Source: an uncultured Candidatus Saccharibacteria bacterium
GTDB taxonomy: Bacteria > Patescibacteriota > CALEFQ01
Length of the DNA: 64,000 nt
Direction of reading: 5' to 3'
Assembly (NCBI GenBank): GCA_965230955.1
Contig: OZ246404.1
Coordinates: forward strand, 685,426 to 749,425
How positions within the stretch are numbered: the first letter of the stretch is position 1; every line of letters begins with the position of its first letter. Positions 57,613 to 64,000 of this stretch are shown in pieces. The notes under the pieces were generated by a model that did no database searches, was not told where the DNA came from, and was given only the letters and a program-made list of their open reading frames with translations. Both the position numbers and the translations under genes were made by a program.

Positions 57613-59061
57613 TTATTTTCCCTTGGGCTCAGGCGCTGAGATGTCCGCTGGTTTTTCGGCATTCTTTTCATTTTCTTTTTCCAACAAACGACGCCTCATA
57701 TATTTTATCATTTGCTCCTGTGAAATCACTTCTTGCACCCCGGTCGCCATATCACGCATGATCATTGTACCGTCCACGGCCTCTTTTTGCCCTAAGATCA
57801 AGGTGAAGAGGACTTGTTTCTTTTCCGCCTGCTTCAATTGCGATTTGAGACTATCGCGACCCAACGATTCAATCACATCAATTCCCGCCGCAAACAAGTC
57901 TTCGAAAATTTTGAAGCTCTGTTTTTTGGCTTTCTCGCCCAATTGAGCCAAGAAGACTCTCGGCGCCGGAGCGATCGGAGCTTTGATATTTTGCTTTTTC
58001 ATTTCCTCAATCACCCGCTCAATTCCCAACGCCACACCCACCGCCGGGGTCGGCTGTCCGCCCATTAACTCCACCAAGCCATCGTAACGGCCGCCGCCGC
58101 CCAGGGAAGACTGAGCCAGTTCGCCACCTTTCATTTCCGGCCAAATTTCAAAAACTGTCCGGCGATAATAATCCAAACCGCGTACCAAACGCGAATTCAA
58201 ATTATAAGGTATGTCCAGCTCATCGAGCATTTCCAAAACCAATTTGAAATGGTCGTGGCAAGCTTCGCACAAATTATCAAACATCTGCGGAGCGTTTTGC
58301 GCTATTCTTTGACACTTTTCTTCTTTGCAATCAAGCAACCGCAAAGGATTGCGCTTGATCCGCTTTTTGCAATCGGCACAGAGTTTATTGACGTGCGGCC
58401 GGTAATAATCCAATAACGTCTGGCGATAAATCGGCCGACAATCCGGACAGCCGATACTGTTAATTTGCACGGTGAGACCTTTCAGGCCCAAACGCTCTAA
58501 AATGCGCCAGGTCAATTGAATCACCTGGACGTCTAATGCCGGCTTAGAACCGCCGAAAATTTCAAAATCCAGCTGGTAAAACTGACGAAAGCGGCCGGCC
58601 TGGGGACGTTCGGCTCGAAACAGGGGTCCATAGGCGTAAATTTTCACCGGCTGGGGACGTGAATTCATGCCGTCCTCAATATAAGCGCGCACCAATCCGG
58701 CCGTAAATTCCGGACGCAGGGCTAATTTTTCTCCGCCACCGCGATCCTTGAGCGCGAACATTTCCTTTTCCACGATATCGGTACTCTCGCCGATCGCACG
58801 GGCAAACAGATTGATATTTTCAGCCACCGGAACATCCATATGGTCAAACTCGTGTGATTTAAGAACTGATTCCGATGTTCGCAAAACAAAATCCTGGTAC
58901 TGCCAATCTTCCGGCAGTACATCGTGCATCCCACGCGGACGTTGCAGACGATCCTTGCGTCGTAACGGAGCCGCTTTCAGCTCCAAGACCGATTGCTTGC
59001 TCTGATCAGGCTCTTCCTTACGCGGCGGTTTAGGACGCGCCGCAATTTTCTTTTTTACCAT
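57613..59061 (-). CDS. hisS: Histidyl-tRNA synthetase, with a K/P-rich N-terminal extension of about 44 aa
   Basis: Motif RPRGMHDVLPED (HisRS motif 1 region), class II core and an anticodon-binding domain. Confidence 0.88.
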   Translation of the reverse strand: MVKKKIAARPKPPRKEEPDQSKQSVLELKAAPLRRKDRLQRPRGMHDVLPEDWQYQDFVLRTSESVLKSHEFDHMDVPVAENINLFARAIGESTDIVEKEMFALKDRGGGEKLALRPEFTAGLVRAYIEDGMNSRPQPVKIYAYGPLFRAERPQAGRFRQFYQLDFEIFGGSKPALDVQVIQLTWRILERLGLKGLTVQINSIGCPDCRPIYRQTLLDYYRPHVNKLCADCKKRIKRNPLRLLDCKEEKCQRIAQNAPQMFDNLCEACHDHFKLVLEMLDELDIPYNLNSRLVRGLDYYRRTVFEIWPEMKGGELAQSSLGGGGRYDGLVELMGGQPTPAVGVALGIERVIEEMKKQNIKAPIAPAPRVFLAQLGEKAKKQSFKIFEDLFAAGIDVIESLGRDSLKSQLKQAEKKQVLFTLILGQKEAVDGTMIMRDMATGVQEVISQEQMIKYMRRRLLEKENEKNAEKPADISAPEPKGK

Positions 59062-59111
59062 ATAACCTCAATTCCCCTCAGGCCATAGGAGTCCATGAAG
59101 GAAAGATTATT

Positions 59112-59702
59112 TTAATAATGAGTATCTGGAATCAAACCAAAATCCGGAAAAACTCGAAGCAAAACCTTGCCGATAATCATGTCACGGGGCAATTCTCCCC
59201 AACTGCGCGAATCCGAACTGGCATTGCGATTATCGCCCATGACAAAATAATTACCCGGATCGACTTCAAATTCTTTATTGCCCGGAGTGCGTTCGTGCGG
59301 TTTCAGATATGGGGATTCATCCAGCGCGAAACAATCGGGGTGATCGCTATTACAAATCCAAACTTCGCCGTTTTGAATTTTGACTGTTTCACCCGGCAGA
59401 CCGATCACGCGCTTGATATAATACTCGCGAGGATTTCCGGGATAACGGAAAACAATCACATCTCCGCGTTCGATTTCATGGAAGCGATAACTGATTTCAT
59501 CCACCACTAAGTAATTACCGTCAGAGAAATTTTGCTCCATACTAGCTCCTTTTACCTGAAAAGGCTGAACCAGGAAATAGCGTACCGGAATAATGATCAT
59601 GGCCGCAATCAAAACGACTTTGACCAATTCCCAAAAGAAAGAACCGCCTGATTGCTTAGGCTCTTTGGTCTCCACGCCTAACTTGTCGGTTTCATCAACC
59701 AT
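59112..59702 (-). CDS. lepB: Signal peptidase I
   Basis: Catalytic Ser motif GASMEQ and the GDNRNASSDSR box. Confidence 0.88.
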   Translation of the reverse strand: MVDETDKLGVETKEPKQSGGSFFWELVKVVLIAAMIIIPVRYFLVQPFQVKGASMEQNFSDGNYLVVDEISYRFHEIERGDVIVFRYPGNPREYYIKRVIGLPGETVKIQNGEVWICNSDHPDCFALDESPYLKPHERTPGNKEFEVDPGNYFVMGDNRNASSDSRSWGELPRDMIIGKVLLRVFPDFGLIPDTHY

Positions 59703-59789
59703 ATCAATAATATTAACATTCTAGATAATAACATATCGCCGTGGTCATGGCAAGAGCGAGAAATGGGGAAATCCAGGCAAATTTAACAT

Positions 59790-59819
59790 TTGACGCAACC
59801 GGGCAAAATCATTTATAAT
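59790..59819 (+). promoter_or_regulatory. Sigma70-like promoter TTGACG, 17-18 nt, TATAAT for the LCP gene
   Basis: Sequence tTTGACGcaaccgggcaaaatcatTTATAATa. Confidence 0.6.
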
Positions 59820-59866
59820 ACAAGTACTCTCAGACGAACTGATAGTTTTGGTTTTAGTAAAACAAA

Positions 59867-61711
59867 ATGAAGCATCTAGACATTGCTACACGGTCAAGCC
59901 GCGCAGAGCGGATTGATTTAAGGACCTCACGCGTAAAAGAATATTCTACAATTAGAACGCACCACCCCAAGCCGGTGGCGCCTTTTGTTACTCCGGCAAT
60001 TTCACCGGCGACAAAACCCGACCAAACGGCGAAATTGTCTCCCCTGATACCATCGGCACCGAGGAAAAAACAGCCGATCGCCCCCGCCGCCAAACCATCC
60101 TTGTCTGCCAAAAAGACGAAAGAGGTAAAAGACCTCTGGGAAGAGCGCGGATCGGACCATCAAGCCGAGCAAATTTTTTCCAATGAAGAAGTACCCTCCA
60201 AACCCATCCAGATTTTTCCTCAAAAAAAGATAAAGAGCCAAAAGAAATTTGTCCTGGCGATCAAAACCGTTATTTCGGTTTTAATTATTTTCTTACTGAT
60301 AGGCGTCGCCCTGTTTGGACGAGCTTTTTTTACCGGAGCCAATATCTTCAACAACGAGGGTTCTTCACCTTTGGATCAAATTAAGCAACTGGTGCTATCA
60401 AACGATAAACAACTTCAGGGTGAAGCCGATGGCCGAATCAATGTTCTGCTGCTCGGAATGGGCGGGGAAGGCCATGACGGCGCCCTACTGACCGACACAG
60501 TCATGATCCTCAGTATCAAACCAGACACCAAGCAAATGGCCATGATTTCTTTGCCCCGCGACCTCTGGGTCAAATCAGAAAAGTTTGGCTACTCAAAATT
60601 AAACAAAGTAAATTTTTACGGAGAAACGGAAGGCAATAAAGGCGACGGCCCCAAATACACCCGCGATGTGGTCCAAGAAATTACCGGATTGACGATCCCC
60701 TATTACGTGCGCATTGATTTCTCCGGCTTTGAAGATATCGTTAATAGTATTGGCGGTGTTGATGTAAACGTTGAAAACGGTTTTGTCGACAAAGAATATC
60801 CCACTGACGATTACGGTTACCAGACGATAAAATTTGATCGCGGTTTACAGCATCTGGACGGAGAAGCCGCTCTGCAATACGCCCGATCGCGCCATGGAGT
60901 GATAACTGATCACGACCCGGAAAGTCCCGTCAGAGACGAGGCCTCCGATTTCGCCCGATCGCGCCGCCAGCAAAAACTGATTGCCGCCATCAAAGACAAG
61001 GCCCTAACCACTGGTGTCCTCGCCAATCCCCAAAAACTAAACTCTTTATTTGAAGCCTTGGGAAAACACATCAATACTAACGCGCAGATGTGGGAAGGAG
61101 TGCGCCTGTTTGAACTAACTCGAGACTTCCAATTCAATAATGTCAAAATCAACGTCATCTCAAATGAAAAATATCTAAAAGTTTACACTACGCCAGATGG
61201 CGCCTATACCCTGATTCCAGTGGATGGCTTTGGCCAATACGGAAGAATCCAAGAACTGGCTCTGAATACCTTTGATCAAGGCGAAGATCAAAACGGCGCG
61301 AATGAAATCAGCGTGCCGACCGGAGAAGCGCCGCCGGAAGAGCGGACGACAGGATATGACGAGTTGACCCAGGCAGAGCAAACCGCCGCCGAACAAAAGG
61401 AAACCACGGCTACCATCGCCATTCAGAATGGTACAACCACCAACGGGATCGGCGCCAAAGCCGGCAATGAATTGCGTAACAGCGGGTATACGATTGTCGC
61501 CGTCGGCAATGCCGCCGATCAAACCCGCCAGCACACGGTAATCTATGACAACACTAACGGCAAAAAATCACAGCAGCTTCAAGCAATAGCGGCGCAATTC
61601 GAAGCCGATATCATCACCGAAGCCGCCCCAGCCAACAAAGCCGGCGTCAGAGAAAGCGCTGACTTCGTATTGATCTTAGGTGCTGAAAGCGCAGCAAACA
61701 GCAAGATTTAA
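59867..61711 (+). CDS. LytR-CpsA-Psr (LCP) family cell-envelope phosphotransferase with a C-terminal LytR_C domain
   Basis: Motif GRINVLLLGMGGEG...LTDTVMILSIKPD...LPRDLWV, and a proline-rich N-terminus with a TM segment. Confidence 0.85.
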   Translation: MKHLDIATRSSRAERIDLRTSRVKEYSTIRTHHPKPVAPFVTPAISPATKPDQTAKLSPLIPSAPRKKQPIAPAAKPSLSAKKTKEVKDLWEERGSDHQAEQIFSNEEVPSKPIQIFPQKKIKSQKKFVLAIKTVISVLIIFLLIGVALFGRAFFTGANIFNNEGSSPLDQIKQLVLSNDKQLQGEADGRINVLLLGMGGEGHDGALLTDTVMILSIKPDTKQMAMISLPRDLWVKSEKFGYSKLNKVNFYGETEGNKGDGPKYTRDVVQEITGLTIPYYVRIDFSGFEDIVNSIGGVDVNVENGFVDKEYPTDDYGYQTIKFDRGLQHLDGEAALQYARSRHGVITDHDPESPVRDEASDFARSRRQQKLIAAIKDKALTTGVLANPQKLNSLFEALGKHINTNAQMWEGVRLFELTRDFQFNNVKINVISNEKYLKVYTTPDGAYTLIPVDGFGQYGRIQELALNTFDQGEDQNGANEISVPTGEAPPEERTTGYDELTQAEQTAAEQKETTATIAIQNGTTTNGIGAKAGNELRNSGYTIVAVGNAADQTRQHTVIYDNTNGKKSQQLQAIAAQFEADIITEAAPANKAGVRESADFVLILGAESAANSKI

Positions 61712-61778
61712 GATATAAGATGTAAGAAAGTAAATCGATCTTATATTTTATATCTTAAATCTTATATCTTACATCTTG
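61706..61778. repeat. Palindromic heptad-repeat element, family D
   Basis: Sequence tttaagatataagatgtaagaaag ... cttatattttatatcttaaatcttatatcttacatctt. Confidence 0.7.
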
Positions 61779-61790
61779 CTTTTTCACTGT

Positions 61791-62330
61791 ATGCCGATAA
61801 ACATTCCAACAGATACCAAGTTGGTGATCGGTCTGGGAAATCCCGGATCGCGTTTTTCAAATACCCGGCATAATGTCGGCGCCATGGCCGTGGAAAAATT
61901 GGCAGAACACCGAGGCGCCATCAAGAAAACTGATAATCAAGCCGGCGCCACTATTTACGAAGAACCGAATCTACACCTGATGACTCCTCTCTGTTTCATG
62001 AATGAAGCCGGACAGGCGGTAGCTGCCGTGTTAAAAAAACTCGATCTCCGGCCGGCAAATATTCTGGTCATCCATGATGATTTGGACTTACCGCCGGGAG
62101 AAATGAAACTTAAAGAAGGCGGTTCGGCCAGCGGACACAACGGCGTACGTTCAATTATTGCCCATCTGAAAACCGACAAATTTCCCCGGCTGCGCGTCGG
62201 GATCGGACGGCCTTTCCCCCATAAACCAACCACGCCGGAGGAAGAAGCGATCGTCTCGCAATTTGTCCTGGAATCTTTCAACGACACGGAACAGACTCTC
62301 ATAGAAAAATCTCTGGAAGAAATCGCCTAG
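61791..62330 (+). CDS. pth: Peptidyl-tRNA hydrolase
   Basis: Start at MPINIPTDTKLVIGLGNPG. The track start at 61776 is TTG inside the repeat. Confidence 0.9.
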   Translation: MPINIPTDTKLVIGLGNPGSRFSNTRHNVGAMAVEKLAEHRGAIKKTDNQAGATIYEEPNLHLMTPLCFMNEAGQAVAAVLKKLDLRPANILVIHDDLDLPPGEMKLKEGGSASGHNGVRSIIAHLKTDKFPRLRVGIGRPFPHKPTTPEEEAIVSQFVLESFNDTEQTLIEKSLEEIA

Positions 62331-62349
62331 ACGGGAAAAATTACAATTA

Positions 62350-62380
62350 CAAAAACAACGCTCTAGGCGTTTTTTTTGTA
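62350..62380 (+). terminator. Intrinsic terminator after pth
   Basis: Sequence aacgctctaggcgtttttttt. Confidence 0.7.
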
Positions 62381-62601
62381 AAAAAACTCCTCCAATGGCA
62401 TTTCGGACGGTCTGGCGGGATCAAGTCGCCTGGGCGGGACAATCGGAGCTGAGCGGCGACAATGTTTATGACGACCGGCAGGATACCGAAAATGGAGGAG
62501 TTAGGTAAGTCCAGCGTAGCAGAAAAGATAAAAACGTCAATGATTCACTTTGCTTTTTACTCGGGGCTTGTTAAGATAGCCTTATCCGTAACCAGTCTTT
62601 T

Positions 62602-64000
62602 GTGAGTATTTCGGTTCACCCTCAAGCCGAGCTGACCAAACAGCTTGGCCGGCAATCAAAAGTCCTGCTGTCGGGCATAATCGAAAACGCGAAAGCCCGA
62701 GTAGTCAGCGACTTATTGACCTACCCCCAACTAGACGCCAAGTCTGGAGTTTTTTGGTTTGTCGATGACAAAAAAATGCCGGACAACGCGGCGCGTTTCC
62801 GTTTTTGGAATGCCGAAAAAACCCGGCTGTTCGTTTTCCAAGAAAACGATCTCGACTTGCTGAATCGATTGGCCGCTGAAAACCGAGGTCTCTTTATCCT
62901 GCCGCTCGGTTTGTCTCAGAAATTTTTTCCGCAGTTAAAAGATTATCAAAGACATTGCCTGGCAATACAAAAAGGGACTTCCCTATCATTCACCCAACTG
63001 TCAAAATTTTTAGTCGATGAGGGATATGAACTAGCCGACACGGCGGCGGAGAGGGGCTACTGGGCCAAACGCGGAAATTTAATCGAAGTTTTTCCCGGGA
63101 ACCAAGCCGATCCTCTGCGCTTGGAATTTGACGGCCAGGTCCTGGACCGACTGGAAACTTTTGATCCGCGCACCAAACAAACAAAAAAATCTCTGGCCGC
63201 CGCCAATTTGATACCGGCTCGAATTCCGACCGGACATACGACGCTTTTATCTCTGCTGGCCGCCGACAAGCATTCGATTTTTATCCATGATGATTTAGTC
63301 AGTTGGCCCGCCATTGGCAGCCGCGAAATAATTTTCCAAACCTTTGCCGATGGAAAAATCAAATTTGATTATACCCCCGCCACTTCTTACTACGGCAACC
63401 AACGATTGCTCGCGGCTGATTTGGAAAAATTTTCCCGGAAAAATTACCACACTACGATTTACGCCAAACAGACGGACCAACTGGCCAAATCCCTGGCTCA
63501 CCTGAAAAACATTTCATTTCAAAATGCGACGTTTGATTTCCCCCTGGGGTATATCGACAACCAGAATAAAAAAATCTGGCTCGGACCGCGAGAAATTTTC
63601 GGGATAGAACGCAGTAAATTACGACCGGCGAAAGCCGACCTGGCTTTTTTGAGTTCACTGAAACCAGGAGATTATGTCGTCCATATCGACCACGGTATCG
63701 GCCGTTTTATCGGCATGCAAAAACAGCGGGTGGATGAATGCGAACATGAATATTACCTCCTGGAATACGCCGACGGCGATAAGCTTTACGTACCGGTCGA
63801 ATACGCCGACAAGATCAGCCGCTACCTGGGACAATCCAATCCCATCATCCACCGCCTCCATGGCACCCAATGGCATCAAGTGAAACGTCGAATTCAGGAG
63901 CAAACGCGGGAAATAGCCGGCGAACTTATCAAGATCTACGCCAAGCGCGCCGTCAGCAGCGGACACACCTATCTAAACGACACCGCCGAACAGATCGAGC
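62602..64000 (+). CDS. mfd: Transcription-repair coupling factor Mfd, N-terminal part (the gene continues past the window)
   Basis: Open frame to the window end. It contains the TRCF motif LKPGDYVVHIDHGIGRFIGM...KLYVP. The start is uncertain; I placed it at a GTG near 62602. Confidence 0.8.
   Translation, partial: MSISVHPQAELTKQLGRQSKVLLSGIIENAKARVVSDLLTYPQLDAKSGVFWFVDDKKMPDNAARFRFWNAEKTRLFVFQENDLDLLNRLAAENRGLFILPLGLSQKFFPQLKDYQRHCLAIQKGTSLSFTQLSKFLVDEGYELADTAAERGYWAKRGNLIEVFPGNQADPLRLEFDGQVLDRLETFDPRTKQTKKSLAAANLIPARIPTGHTTLLSLLAADKHSIFIHDDLVSWPAIGSREIIFQTFADGKIKFDYTPATSYYGNQRLLAADLEKFSRKNYHTTIYAKQTDQLAKSLAHLKNISFQNATFDFPLGYIDNQNKKIWLGPREIFGIERSKLRPAKADLAFLSSLKPGDYVVHIDHGIGRFIGMQKQRVDECEHEYYLLEYADGDKLYVPVEYADKISRYLGQSNPIIHRLHGTQWHQVKRRIQEQTREIAGELIKIYAKRAVSSGHTYLNDTAEQIE

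Noticed and set aside
62395-62508. 37-codon ORF upstream of mfd (MAFRTVWRDQ...)
   Set aside because: It is short, lacks an RBS, and sits in the pth terminator-mfd leader. It is probably not a gene.

Overview
This 64-kb window looks like a Candidate Phyla Radiation (Patescibacteria)-type genome segment. About 50% GC, small genes, almost everything on the minus strand, lysine-rich tails on ribosomal proteins, and no L30 between L15 and S5. I read four functional blocks on the minus strand. (1) A fermentative module: pyruvate:ferredoxin oxidoreductase porGDAB, then an acetate kinase and a PduL-type phosphotransacylase. (2) A contiguous lower-glycolysis cluster: PfkB-family kinase, gpmI, eno, pgk, gap, fba, tpiA, followed by galT and a GT2 glycosyltransferase. 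(3) The str/S10/spc ribosomal superoperon (rpsL-rpsG-fusA-tuf-rpsJ ... rplO-secY) with adk and the alpha-operon genes missing from their usual place. (4) A block of replication, division and competence genes: split comEC, nrdR-nrdD-nrdG, ftsA-ftsZ, dgkA, ybeY, rpsU, miaB-like, hisS, lepB. Transcription switches to the plus strand at about 59.8 kb (LCP family protein, pth, 5' part of mfd). An RNase P RNA gene lies at about 330-760 on the minus strand and is not in the ORF track. The most unusual observations are listed below. First, a GC-rich two-gene insertion sits between secY and map, bracketed by ~115-bp direct repeats. Second, nrdD is interrupted by a single in-frame TAA, which leaves the glycyl-radical domain as a separate 56-aa ORF. 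Third, at least five families of intergenic palindromes are built from tandem heptamers, and several copies extend into coding sequence. Fourth, an orphan promoter-terminator unit with no ORF lies between the two comEC halves and may be a small RNA. Fifth, a terminator-like hairpin sits immediately upstream of rplC. There is no CRISPR array, transposase or integrase. Several ORF-track entries are antisense or overlap artefacts. Several track starts are upstream extensions and were trimmed; at least two use TTG.
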